DNA from: Tubiluchus corallicola
Taxonomy: Eukaryota; Animalia; Priapulida
Direction of reading: 5' to 3'
Length of the DNA: 64,000 bases
Assembly (NCBI GenBank): GCA_030141605.1
Contig: JAQGDQ010000119.1
Span: 367,005 to 431,004 of the forward strand
In this document: positions 1 through 12,600 of the stretch, in pieces
How the letters are laid out: the number at the start of each line of letters is the position of its first letter
Numbering within the stretch: position 1 is the first letter of the stretch
Translations under genes and position numbers: made by a program
Notes under the pieces: model-generated
Database searches by the model: none
What the model saw: only the letters and a program-made list of their open reading frames with translations
What the model was told of the DNA's origin: nothing

Positions 1-292
1 TACTTTTGGTTTGCGAACACATCTAAATGCTGCAATTCATTAAATCATATGCATCCAGGGTAGTTTTAGTCAGCTAACGTGTATTGTAGTGAACTTGCGG
101 TTATAATTATTTACAAAATACACAACATGAATAAATAAAATGTAATACATAGTGTAGTTGCGTAGTAATGCATACTCCCGATACCCTCCCCCCCCCGTTT
201 CTCCCTTCTTTGTGGGGAACCTCATACGCTACGGTACATATAAATAGTTTAATGCTTATTTAAATATATTGAATTTTCCCGTTCACGCGACG

Positions 293-892
293 TCCGACAA
301 AATCTGTCCAATTCCAACCAATTTTTATAATTGCAATTTGTAATTGTAATTTATTATCCACTTCAGCATAATAACAATTTACATTATCACATTATAATTA
401 TTATAAATCAAATCAATTGTAGTTACAGTAATTGTAACAAAATTATATTGATGTGTTATTATGTGATATGATTAGGGAAAAAAATGCAATATAATTACAA
501 TAATTGTAAAAGAGCTATATTAATATAGTTACTAAACTACATAATAGTTTATCAAACAGAAATAAATGCTGCATGGTGGTTAAGAAACAAAGCTTGTGAA
601 ACCACCATGAACAGTGGAAAGAAAAATTGCTTAGCTAGCAAGAGAAAGAAAAAGATAGAAAAACCAAGAATAATAAAGATTAAGTAATAAAATACGATAG
701 AAAATGAGAGAGAAGAGAAATGAAATAGAAAGAAGTTCAGCAGAGAAGTGACGCAAAAGTATGAAAATATGAACTGTAAAGTAGTCATTTGCGGGATGTA
801 CTGTAACTATTGCAGTTCGCGGCATTTTGTCTGGTCGTACAAACTATTCATCCAACTTTGTCCACCTCATCCGACAGTCCGATTTTGTCGGA
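293..892. mobile_element. Dispersed repeat / probable MITE; a second copy lies inverted at ~16105-16516
   Basis: 357-822 is the diverged reverse complement of 16105-16516 (shared CCGCGAACTGC(A/G)ATAGTTACAGTACATCCCG...TATGCTGAAGTGGAT). 12-bp inverted ends TCCGACAAAATC/GATTTTGTCGGA. Confidence 0.75.
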
Positions 893-2319
893 TAGTCTAA
901 ACCAGGGCATAAGACTCTAACTGCACAACTGTGCTTGGCAAATTAAATGGAAACAAAATCCACGTTCAGTACGTGCATGCGATAGGTAAAACAGCATCAC
1001 CCTGCCAATAATCAACCTGTTACCAGCAAAAACGTGTGTTACTTACAGCTGTGACAACTGTGTAGCTTAGAATAAATTTCCATGACGTTGTGCAAACAGT
1101 ATAGCAGCTTTTGGTTGCGCCAACTCTATTTACCTGTAGTTTTAAAGCTGAGACCTCATATCGAATGTTCTTGCACGTATGCATAATAAAAGTTACAAAA
1201 TAAAAACGTTTACTCCTCTTAGCAGTTGCAGGCACCGCTGAATTTAGACCTTGAGGATTAGGGTACCTCAGGTTCTGGGCCCCTCAATATAAAAATTAAA
1301 TTACGTGGTAACTAAAATAAACTAAAATAAAGAATAAACCGCCGACGAGAACTTCTGATTTTATTTTTCTCAATTTTATTGACTGTAAGAATAACTACTG
1401 ACTACAATTTCCAATTTGTAATATAGGCCATAGTGATATAAATTAAAAGGAAAAGAATTGGATTTTATAAAAAGTTTAAAACACCATATAATTAGCTTAT
1501 AAGAAGGAATCAACCAGGAATTTTATCAAATGCTTGCCAAAAAAACGCGAAAGCATATTTCTGCTGTTTTGAGTTCAAATGGTAGACATGAATTATAAAA
1601 TTTGGTGACCAAGTTTTTTACGTTATTTCTTCAGTACAATCCCAGTAAAAATAAAATAATTGATTAATCATGTCACTAATTTATTGTAGTCAAATTTATT
1701 TAAAGATACTAAGTATCAAAGTGTTTCTGAGATACTGTACAAAGGTCATAGGAACTGGCAAGTCACATTTATGCATTACACAACAATGTCTAGAAAAAGT
1801 CTTTCTTTATACATTTTTAACATCTGCAAAATCTTTCTTAAATAACTCATCAAACGGTGTCATCTTGAGGGCACTGCTCTCGGCACTTTCGTGGGTCATC
1901 GTGCTTCTTGTTGGTCGCTCTTTCTCCCAACTAGTGACCATCAAGCTCAAATATATTCTTAAGGGTACATAAACACCTGGGAAAGAAGCCCTTCGTGCCC
2001 GACGCTAAATTATGAGCTTCCTAACTTATCGACCTGCTCACGCATTAATAATTCAATAAACGTTGCACCAGATTACCAATACAATACATTTATATTACAT
2101 CCATATGCAAACTACAGTACGTATAAGAAAGAAAACAATTTGCAAAGATTATGCTTACATCAGTCTGCAGTATCATGCTCAGCGGTCTTTATAAAAACTG
2201 TCAATTGGTTTAAGTGAAGTCTTTAGGCTGGAGACAGGGGACCCGGGGCAATTTCTCCTTATGCCCCCAATAAAGATGACCCCAGATTCTTGATGTAAGG
2301 TGACCCCAGGTGACACACC

Positions 2320-2990
2320 AACTGACTCGCCTGCTTTCTAATTGACACATGAAGGTAATACTACATCTGACTCTCCTGCTTCTTGAACAGCACCTTCTTG
2401 ACGCCACAACTGACTCACATGCTTTCTGGTCCGCACCGCAAAGCTGACGCCACAGTTGACTTACCTGCTTTCTGATTAACACTATAAAGGTGACAACTCA
2501 CCTACTTCTTGATCAGCTCTGTAAAGTGACACTACAATTGGCACACCTGCTTTCTGATCAACACCTTAAAGGTGATACCACAGTTAACTCACCTGCTTTC
2601 TGATCAGCACTGTGAGGGTGATAGCAGTGCTGGCTCAGCTGTTTTCTAATCAGCACTGCTTACAGCCACCAGTTTTCACCTGCTTTATGATGAACACTGT
2701 AAAGGTGATACCACAACTGATCCACCTGCTTTCTGATCAATACTGTAAAGGTGATACTACAGTTGAATCACCTGGTTTCAGATCCAGTCCGTAAAAGTGA
2801 CACCAAACTTGACTCACCTGATTTCTGATCAGCAACCTCAAGTGACACCAAAGCTGACTCAAAGTTTTCAATTTAACACTGTAAGGGTGATACAACAGTT
2901 GAATCACTTGATTTTTAATCAACACTGTGAAGGTGGTAAGCCACAAGACTCACCTGCTTCTTGATCACCATGTAAGGCTGGTACCACACC
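2320..2990 (-). repeat. Diverged minisatellite, ~46-bp unit, ~15 copies, overlapping the SHPK exon-2 donor
   Basis: Minus-strand consensus ~GTATCACCTTTACAGTGTTGATCAGAAAGCAG|GTGAGTCAACTGTG. The first unit is the real exon end. Confidence 0.9.
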
Positions 2991-3129
2991 GCACTGCATA
3001 TCACCTAGGGCCACCTTTACAGCAGTTCCCCCAGGAATTCCATACCACTCCTCAGACAGAGTACCGGCAATGTGATCGGCGTCTCGCACTTCCGGCAATA
3101 AATGAACAGGGAACCCGCTAGAAGATAAT
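2954..3129 (-). CDS. SHPK: Sedoheptulokinase, coding exon 2 (176 nt); the gene continues, probably beyond the window start
   Basis: Acceptor TTCTTTCAG and donor GCAG|GTGAGT. Phase-compatible with exon 1. Translates (I)LSSSGFPVHLLPEVRDADHIAGTLSEEWYGIPGGTAVKVALGDMQCGVVPALHGDQEA, matching vertebrate SHPK SSGFPVHLLP...VALGDLQ. Confidence 0.93.
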
Positions 3130-5931
3130 CTGAAAGAACATGTTCATTTTATCATTGATCTCATCAAGAATGAAATTAATTAAAAAATTATATCATTCGT
3201 AATGGAGTAGGTCCATACATAAATTCCACCTGAGGATGTTTACACATTAGGGCAACATATAAGTTCACTGTAAGTCTGCAAATTTGCGATTTACGGATTT
3301 GGATAAAAATCAGAAATTTACTTCAAGGGATTGTTTCAAAGTTCAGCATCAACAAAACTTTTCCAAAGTAGACCTATCCAAAAAATTGTCACTGCAATTC
3401 GTGCAGAAGATTGCCACTAGGTGTTAACCATACCTTATTATGAAATCTAGCAAAAGGTTCACTTACAGTGACAAGTTTACAGTTAACAAGTTTATGGACG
3501 ATGGTAGTTTAGATCTTTTATTGAAACACTTGAAGCCTGAAAACCAACCAGAAAACGTAAACTTAATGGTGTTTTAGTAACATAGTTGAAATTCACTCAG
3601 TAAGTTAGTGCTTAACATTGTGTGCAAATACTAATAATTATAAAGGTAACTGCATTATTTTTTAACTATAAAAATACATAACAGTGTATTTTAAGTGTAA
3701 ATAAATGTAACTGTACAACAGTAATAAAAATACCGACACGCTAAAAGACTCCAAAAACACAAAGAATCTGGACAATCAAACAACTTATTACAGCAGTGGA
3801 GTGAGGAGGGATACGGGGCAAACAGTGTGCGAATTTATGTGTCAGTCAATGTGATTATGATATATATATGAGTTAAATCAACAAATTATTTTGAATTTTG
3901 AACAGCTGAGTAAAAATTTGTGTGTTTGGCGAATAAAATTAAGCAATATTGACCATGATTAGTGAATAGATGTGTGTCTGCTGGATTCAAGACTTGTTCT
4001 GAGAAGTTTCATTCGGCCTACTGCCCTCTCTATTTTTCGCACTGAAGAAGGATGTATATGTATCTAAAGTTCGAAACACAACCCAAGATACCTCTGGTAA
4101 TTCTGTGATCCGTCTTAAAGCATTACCATAGATATCACATAGGATCCGGTCCAGCCACAAATGTTCACGGTTAAGTCCTGATACTGCTGCTGAGTTTCAG
4201 CTTGAAGAGTACCACCTCTTCTGCTCTAAACCACAATAATGTGGCCTTTTTTCATATACTTGCTAACTGCCTTAAAATTGATTTGGAAAGACCAAGGAGA
4301 AAATGATAAAGCTCGTTTGGTAAGAATAATGAACATCTGATTCTTGACCATATTGTTCTGTATGTTACTGGATCTGTTAAAGAAAATTATGACAGATAAC
4401 TTTATTTATTATTATTCATCCTCTACATGAAGAATTTACGTTTCTTCCACCACTTAGTAGGAATAAATGTACCCTTTCAAGAACCGATTTAAATTTTCAT
4501 CTGTTCCCACTGCAGTCAAAGTATTCAACAGTAGTTAAACGTTTTAAACACTTTTCAATTTTTAAGCTTTATATTAATTATAACATTTAGATTTAATGTT
4601 ATAGAATTTAATTACAGTTGTAAACTTGTTGTGCTAATTGTTTCTCAACTACTAGTCTGGGCAAACCATAAAAGAAAGTTTCACGAATACCAATAATATA
4701 TATGATAGTAAAGATGTCTATGTCTATATCTGTGTCTATGCCTATGTACATGTAGCGCACTGTATAAAACACGTTCAAAAGCTATGGTCATAACCAACAC
4801 GCAGCGTTTACTAAGATCAAAGAACAATCTAACGTAAAATCAAGGCCGCCGGCAGGATTATTTATTTTCCATCAATCCTATTACATAGCACGAAACTGTT
4901 GATTCAGTAATTGCACGTGAAAAGGGGCTGGCATTTAGTCAGGTGCAAAGCAGATGTTTAAATGTTTGCTGAACTGATAAAAGTGCTTTAGGCTTAATTG
5001 ATTTGTTCTGTTCTCCAGTAAACAGGCAGCCGTCTCTACCGCTTTGCGGGTTTCACAAATCTGTGATGAAGCCCCCCCCCCCCCTTAAGGCAAAATCGCG
5101 TATTACTGGAAAAGGCGCACTATTTGCTCTAACAGGGGGCACCCCATTGTCTAAACATAGGTGATTATGACAATGTGATATAAGGCGCAATGCAGTTGTT
5201 AAAATGCTTACCTCACTGAGCATTTCCACTTTGTTTACGCATCACGAACATGAACGGACATGAGTAGTGTCCGTATACTACTATTCTTTTACTTTAATAG
5301 GCTGCTAGGTATTGTCGCATTTGCCTAAAGTTTAGCCAGCAGCTTTTACTGCAGCAAAACTATAGGCGCAATGGAAAACCGTTAGAACAATGACTTTGCA
5401 TCAGCAGTTTTCCAAGTGAGAATCGCCCGAAATGAAACTCCCGATTAATTCGAAGCCATTCCTCCTGGTGTCTTAAAAAATACCCACGCCGCTTTGTAGC
5501 ACGGTTCCTCCTATTTCTAAGGAACTATAAATCACCTATCAAGGGACCTACAAAGCGCCGCTAAGACAGCTCATCTACATGGTGTTCGATCATAATGTTA
5601 GGTACCGGAAAACGTCCGATACGGGAAGCCGAGTGCCTGCGACGAAATCTAACTACCCCTATAACATCCACCGTTGAATGGGCAGCTTTGGGCTATCCAA
5701 CCATTAGCAGCAGCACCCCGGCGCGTAAAATAAGGAGTATACATTTTGCGAAAGACCGAGCGAAAATATCCATTTTTGAAGGTTTTCACCTACCCCCCGT
5801 TCCTTCCGGTGGCCCCAATTCTAAACCATCAACGAGGTGAGACAGACGACTCGATCGAGAATGTCCGTTTGATATACGGATAACCGGAAAGGGTGCTGTC
5901 GTTTGAGATCTAATCTCTCAAACATTATATA

Positions 5932-6497
5932 CAGGGTGTCTCAAAAGTCACTATACACTTGACATTTTCTATATTTTTTTCACAGAAAAATGTAGAAAGT
6001 TTGAAAATTGGTACAGACAAATAAATGCTTTGGATAATTCCTTCGGTCAAATTCGACGAAAAGAACTGCTACACTAGTAGGCTTTGCTATTTTCACTATC
6101 TTCATCAGGGACCCTCGAGAGCTTCCAAAGGCAACTCGTGTATCGTGCATCAAGAAAATCTCTCACAGCCCAAGAGTAGTGACAGCGGGTTGCACCTTGC
6201 TGAAAAACTACGTTGTTGATAGAGAGAAAGCGTGCTCTATATAGTGCTCTGAATTTCCTCTAAACTTCAGTTGGTGATCGCAGGGCCTCATGCTAGGTTG
6301 ATTTTGCACCTCACTCTAACATTACTGGCGTCGTCATAGCAACGTGATTCACGACAAAAAATAAATAAAAAGAATTGTCGAAGGCCTATTCTAATTCACT
6401 AAAAGATTCGCTAAGATTGCTAAGAGCTTGCTAAGGTTTGAGAAAATTTTAAAACGAAAATTCGATATCAAAGTGTATAATGACTTGAGACACCTTA
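5932..6497. mobile_element. Non-autonomous Tc1/mariner-type MITE
   Basis: TIRs CAGGGTGTCTCAAAAGTCACTATACACTT / AAGTGTATAATGACTTGAGACACCTTA, flanked by TA. Confidence 0.8.
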
Positions 6498-6589
6498 TAT
6501 TTACTACGCTATAAGTCACCGAAATTAATATTATGTTAGACTTCACCAACCAAAGTCAGTAACAGCAACCGTAGAATATATGCTCTAAA

Positions 6590-6846
6590 TGAGATTGTTC
6601 TAGCTCAGTATAAAATTCTTTTATTTTGTCAGATGTATAATAAATTATTCAACGTATATTGACGTTTTTAATTATTATTATTCCATAAACAAGGAACGAC
6701 GGACGGTGCCAGTACGCTTAACGACTCAATTCACCTGTTTCTAGTATCCTACTTGGGCAGCCCATGTACGACGCGTCCTACTTGGGCTAGCTCATGTACG
6801 CCAACTGTCCTACTTCGGCTAGTAGTGGGTTACTCGGCGCCCAACA
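6590..6846 (+). mobile_element. Partial (right-end) copy of the Ginger-like element family at 45416-46325
   Basis: Aligns with 46120-46325, has the internal CCTACTTGGG..CCCATGTA palindromes and ends ACTCGGCGCCCAACA. Confidence 0.75.
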
Positions 6847-8684
6847 ACATAGTCTTTGAAATTTGGAATGTCATCTCAACCTGGCTTCATTACAAATGCG
6901 TCCAATCTATGGAAGATGCATATGTAATTAAAGTATTACACTAACAGCTTCGAAACTAGCTTGAGATTATTATCATAGGACTTATGCATATCACTGCACT
7001 TTAAATGTAATTATCAGCAGAGATTGTTGCCTGGCAACCAATTGCGAAGTTTGGCAGTAACGTGCGCTTTTCACACGTTACAAAGTAAACAGGCTGTAAG
7101 TTATAAATAATACCTATCACAATCTTGCTGCATAAGCTTCATGAAACATCAGGTTTGCGTCCTGTCGGTAATTGACAAAGACAGGTGATATTTAACGTGG
7201 GACAAATATCCAGCTACTTAATTAATGAATGCAGAAATCCATGAAAGTCATCCATGTTCACATAACTGTAAACGAAAGGCACACAATGGTTATGATCACA
7301 ACACAATGGGGCTAAAGGAATAGCCTAGTAGCCACGGTGTGCCCTATGTAGTCCACATGAAGAAGATCCTGCCTAGCGTGCACAGTGTTGAGCTGCAACA
7401 TAAAGCTGCTAAAAATATTTTTGAAATAAACAACCTATAGACGAGAAACGAAGTATAATTATTTTATTATAATGACGATGCGAATCTTACACGCTGAGAA
7501 TTTCAGCTTAAGAAAGATCGAGTTCAAAACTTCGTAAGCGTCAAAAACGAGTTGTAACAAAGATCAAAGGAGACATCCTATAGCGGAGAATAAAGAAACA
7601 AACGTAGGTTTCTTCATTTTGTCGAACAATGTCAAAAACTATTAGACCGCCCCACAGCCACGCACGTACCGCACATCGTGATAATGATTGTTTGAACCAA
7701 TTTGCATAACAAAGTTAAGAGTGATTAGCTAGTCATTCGCTTACAAATTTCTCATATTTACTTTCTTGGATTAAGTTGTAAGGGTAAGACAGTACTATAA
7801 AAGCGGTGTGTATTTGAGGAATTTTCACTGTGCGACGTAAAATTACCGCCGGTACCTTGTTTTGCGATGTGCGTTGATTTGACACTTGGCATACTTGCTA
7901 CTTTCTACTTCGCTATTGCAATATTTAGCAGATAAAATTATAAGACTTGAAGCCTTCGGGCGCGCAATACAGAAACGAGAAGTTGCAGACGGCTCTGCCA
8001 CTAGGCAGTTTAACCAAGGCGCCAAATTCTGGAAGAAATTCTTTTGTTCTTAAGTAGGTAATAACATAGTATATGTGTGGTTGCTTAAAAGCAAAACCCT
8101 TTAATTAAATAAAACGAACTACTTTTGTCAAAATATATGATTTATCGACGCAAACAGAGAGGTGTCTTCCCGTAACAAAACTCTACCTTTGCTTTACTTG
8201 GTTTCCTACTTGTATTACATCATTTCATACAGACAAGTATGCATGGAGCTGTAGCTACTCCTTCTGTTAATAAAACAAAACAGTTAGCTAGCAAGAAGCT
8301 TTTGTCATTGCAATTCGCTACTGAAGAAAAATCTATAAGACTTGCAGACCACAGGAGCCTAATACAGGAAACGAAAGATTACTGGTACACATAGAACAGC
8401 AAAAAAATTCGCTTAATCCTTCCGATTTTATTTTAGATTTAATTCAACACATGAAGCACAATATAAAACAAACAAGACTTTCAGAACTAAAAACTATATA
8501 CACATAAGATAAAAACTGTACAAAAGGAGCACAGGTTAGTTTACATAATTAAGTAATATAAAAAGAACAATAACTTATATTGAATATCTATACCAACATT
8601 TTCAACGAGACCAGGGCCAGCTTTCATAAAGCCATCACTAAACGCCGTCACTATTAAAAAAACGATGTTTCAATGTTCTATAAC

Positions 8685-9991
8685 CAGGGCACTTTATTTA
8701 TGACTTTAGTCATAAATTGCATAAATAGCTTATTTAATACTAATTTCAGATTTTATTTATGACTATTTATGACGTGTCAAATTTTGACCAAAAATGCCAT
8801 CCTGAGCTAAAAGAAATACATATTTTTAATCAGAATCTTGTATTTTGCCTTTCTTCGTTCTTCATTACATTAAAATGTAATAAAAATGTCTACTTTCATC
8901 ATTCCAAGGCCTGAAGTTTCTCGTATTGTTTTGCATGCAGGCATCCCTCCAGACTGAAATCCGTGATCGTGTTTATAATAATTATAGTATCGGTTTTAAT
9001 TTGTTTAGGATGACCTATAAAATTACTGCTCATAAAAATCAATCTATTAATTAATTCGTACAGTCACAATTCGTAGCCACAATTAGTACAAGTAAATAAT
9101 GTATTTTTTAAATATCGATTTTAAATTTAATGTTGGAAAATACTATTGGCTATTACATCTTTCTAGGGAACCGTCACGTATGTTTTCTAATTAAAATTAC
9201 ATTAAGCAAAATAACTAAACAAGAAAAACAGTTAAATTTTAATGACAATGAAGCAACAAATTCTCCCAAAGATAAAATATGCTCAAATTCTAGCAGACGG
9301 CATTATTCTTATTTCTTGAGGATGAGGCAGTAAGGCACGGGAAACGCTTGCGGCAAACTCGAGCTAAAACCTACACCCAAGCCATTGACTTACGCCGCTT
9401 AGGGGTAAGCATCGAAGTTCGGTTCGATTCGAATTCGAAAGTCACAAATTCGGTTCGATTCGAATTCGCTTTCTGGTAGAGAATGCTCACCCCTAACGCC
9501 GCTAGGATGAGAAAGGCACTGAAATGAACGTGCAAAGAAAAGAATTAGAAGTGTAGATTTCTGTTATTGTGCAGAGCGTAGGTTTGAGGCGGCAGAACTT
9601 TAGGACATTAAAATAGGTAAGCTGTCTTTAATTCAAATTTTCGATGGAACGACAACGATTCTGTCGGTGCCTATTTATTTTTTCGCGGTAACGCGCTCAT
9701 TTACTTTTTATTATTTAGGTTACTTCTAGACGAGTTAATGACAGATAAACGCATCAGTTAGACAGTCTCAGTTACTGTGTTAGTCCACCAAACAGTCACG
9801 CGCAAGCTTCTTATGGACTGCCTGTGTGTGTGGGAGAGAGAGAGAGAGAGAGAGACGGTGGAAACAGTTTTCTGTACTGAATTTTTTGTTCCATTCATCG
9901 GGAAATGATTATTTTTCTTTCGTTATTTATGACAAATTTGAAATCTTATTTATGACTATTTTGCAAGAAAAGTCATAAATAAAGTGCCCTG
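8685..9991. mobile_element. Non-autonomous hAT element
   Basis: TIRs CAGGGCACTTTATTTATGACTTT / AAAGTCATAAATAAAGTGCCCTG. Perfect 8-bp TSD TCTATAAC (8677-8684, 9992-9999). Confidence 0.92.
9400..9495. mobile_element. 96-bp hAT MITE nested in the 8685-9991 element
   Basis: TIRs TAGGGGTAAGCAT / ATGCTCACCCCTA, perfect 8-bp TSD ACGCCGCT, internal repeat TTCGGTTCGATTCGAATTCG x2. Confidence 0.9.
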
Positions 9992-10879
9992 TCTATAACG
10001 CTATCAATTAAGCAAAGTGAATTAAATTTATGGGGCGGAGACATTCGAGTTCAGAGCACTATGCTAGTGTATATTGTAAATGTAAAAGGCTTCAAATGTA
10101 ATGATCGTGTTAGAGGTCGCTTAACGACTGCTCCCTGTCCGTTTTTGTCACTAAATAGTTAACGTTCTTGAAATAGTGACGGCTTTGGAAAACGAAAACG
10201 CTAACGAGCTCGCTAAAATCGTCACTAAACTGATAATAACGATGTCGTTAACTTAGTGATGGCTTTATGAAACCGCGCCTGGGCCCAGAGTTGCGGTTGT
10301 GAAGATGACGCAACTAATGAAATGGATGTAAAAAGAGCAGTTAGTATTTCAAAACTTTACGAATGAAAAAGTTAAGGGAAAATCTACTTAAGAGAATGTA
10401 CATCAAGACTGTGCTGCAGAAATTTGGTTGCTCCTGAAAACCCATAACTTATAATGAGGTCAAAAATCAAAAATTCAATTTCAAATTCAGTCTACACAAG
10501 CTGTAGATTGCTAATTAATTGGCACATTATAATACGTATATAAGCCTAACATTCATTACAGATACCAAAATATTTTATTATATTATAACAAATGTTCAAT
10601 TTTTGGGGTGGGACGGGGGACTGTGAGGGAAGGTGTTGACCGTTAAGGAGGCGGCACTAAAAATACCTTGAGGGTCAAACTACCTAGAGCCAATCGCCTA
10701 CTTTTCTCGTACGAGTGGCCTCTGTATAGTGTATAGTCTTTATAATAATCGTAGTACCAAAAACTTCATACTACATAAAACCTGTAGGCCTCCTGGCTCC
10801 CTCTTGACTAATCCTATACGACAACAAGTGGCAGTGATGAAAAAGTCACATGATGTTGCCTTCTTAAACCAGCCATAAA

Positions 10880-11490
10880 ATTAATGCAGCTCTAAAGAAT
10901 CCAGACATTTGCCGCGAAACTGCCGTGAAATAATTATTAACCAATTACCTAGTTAGATTCATTAATACAATACCATGGCAGTCCATTTATCGGGGGTATG
11001 CCAGTTTATTGCTTTCAGAAACAATTGTCGTACTGACTTGATCGACATCTCGGTTTTGAACCAACAGGACCTTGTTTGCACTAAAACCGAGTGGAAATTG
11101 TTTATTTGGCACTTATGGCTAAATGAGATGGTCACGGCAAAGGAATCTAGGAATCTATTTGTCTGAAATACGTTCCTCCTAGAGAGACAAAGGCCTTATT
11201 AGCTGGTATTTTTGCTCAAAGAAGTAACTTCTGCCAAAGAAGGCACTGGATTTATGCAATACCCATGGAAGTTATTCAACAATTTGCATTTATTTGCATG
11301 AAAGTGAAGAGGAATTGGAACACGTTGTGTTCGTTTGCAGACTACATGATCATTATAGACTTCTGTTCCCAAACTTGTTTACTGCATGCTGGAATATGGG
11401 GGATGTTTTGAAAGGGAATATGTTACCGGATATATTGGCAGAATTTTTAAAAGTAAACGGGCGGTTTCAGACACTGAACGGCCAAAACTA
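10880..11490 (+). mobile_element. Degenerate non-LTR retrotransposon 3' fragment
   Basis: Remnant C-terminal zinc-knuckle-like EEELEHVVFVC; reading frames are broken. Confidence 0.5.
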
Positions 11491-12489
11491 ATCATTTGTA
11501 GATCATGACTTTCTGCTAATTTGATTTTCGTTATAAGATATATATATATATATATCGACACATCAGCTAGCACAGTAATCAACTAGTCTGTTAAACACAT
11601 GGAACTAGTTGTGGCAAAAATGACAAAAAGTGGTGTTGAGAGAATCTTTTTCTGTATATATATATATAAATATGATATAATACCATGATTGCTTTTGCTT
11701 TTTAGTCTTTCTTGACTGCCGTTTTTGCATCTTGGAAAACAATATTACTTCAGCTATATTAAAGAAGTAACACGACTAAGTTAAAACTCCTTTTGATTTT
11801 GAAAGTTTCCGCCGCCGTCGCTGCTGTGGTCGAATAGTTTCAAACATACATAAGACTGAACTAATCAAGTCTTCGAGCCAACGTTCCGCTAATTAAAGAG
11901 AAATCTGAAGAGGCAATCCTAGAGGAGGTGCCGAAACCGTCAAGCAAGAAGATTTACAACTTAAACATGAAGCTGCTTAAATTAGCTGCACCGCTGATAT
12001 GAGCAAGATCAACTTTCAAACAAGTACCGAGTTCTGATAAACACAAGCCAGCATCAAAAACATCCACAACTTCAGTTAGGTGTTTGTAGGCACTTTTAAG
12101 ATCTAGGTAGCAGATACAACCGGTGCTAGCATTAAGCAAACCGCCTAGGGCGCACATCTCATTAGGGCACAAAAATTAATCTCAAAGAATCACAGTTTTA
12201 CACAAATTGTTGTCTTAGAAAAAACACAGCAAAACAATAATACAACAATTCATTGAACTGGTTGAATTGGTGCAAAAGCGGCAACCAATGTGAGTGAAAT
12301 AGAAGCTTGCATGGGACATTTTTAATGCCGGTGTTTTTTTTGTCATTCCAATAGAAAATTTGCGAATGCTTTGATTAAAATTTCATTTTTTTTATTTGGC
12401 ATAGGCTTACTATCTAAAACTTAATTATAGCTCAAACCAAGAACAGTGCCAGCTGTAATACTCAAATCAAGAACATCAAGAACAGTTTT

Positions 12490-12600
12490 ATTCCTAGCTG
12501 GAAAGCATGGGAGTACTAATCCCAGGTCACGGGTTCAAATCTCGACTAGTCAAAAAGTTTTTCAGCGGCTCCTTTCTTTCAACTCATTAAACGCAATGCG
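12490..12600 (+). mobile_element. tRNA-derived SINE head (degenerate)
   Basis: B-box GGTTCAAATCTC preceded by AGGTCAC and followed by a TTTTTCAG body, as at 29583. Confidence 0.5.

Larger units (their letters stand above)
8612..10281. mobile_element. PIF/Harbinger-like MITE (outer element of a nested stack)
   Basis: TIRs GGCCAGCTTTCATAAAGCCATCACTAA / TTAGTGATGGCTTTATGAAACCGCGC with CAG/CTG flanks. A short relative lies at 62370-62474. The superfamily call is inferred from terminus type. Confidence 0.7.

Noticed and set aside
2320-2990. CRISPR-like repeat-spacer array
   Set aside because: Units are contiguous diverged copies with no unique spacers, the context is a eukaryotic intron and there are no cas genes.
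4092-4373. Exon-like segment (AG...GT) in SHPK intron 1
   Set aside because: Stops in all three frames, no SHPK similarity, and exons 1 and 2 already join seamlessly.
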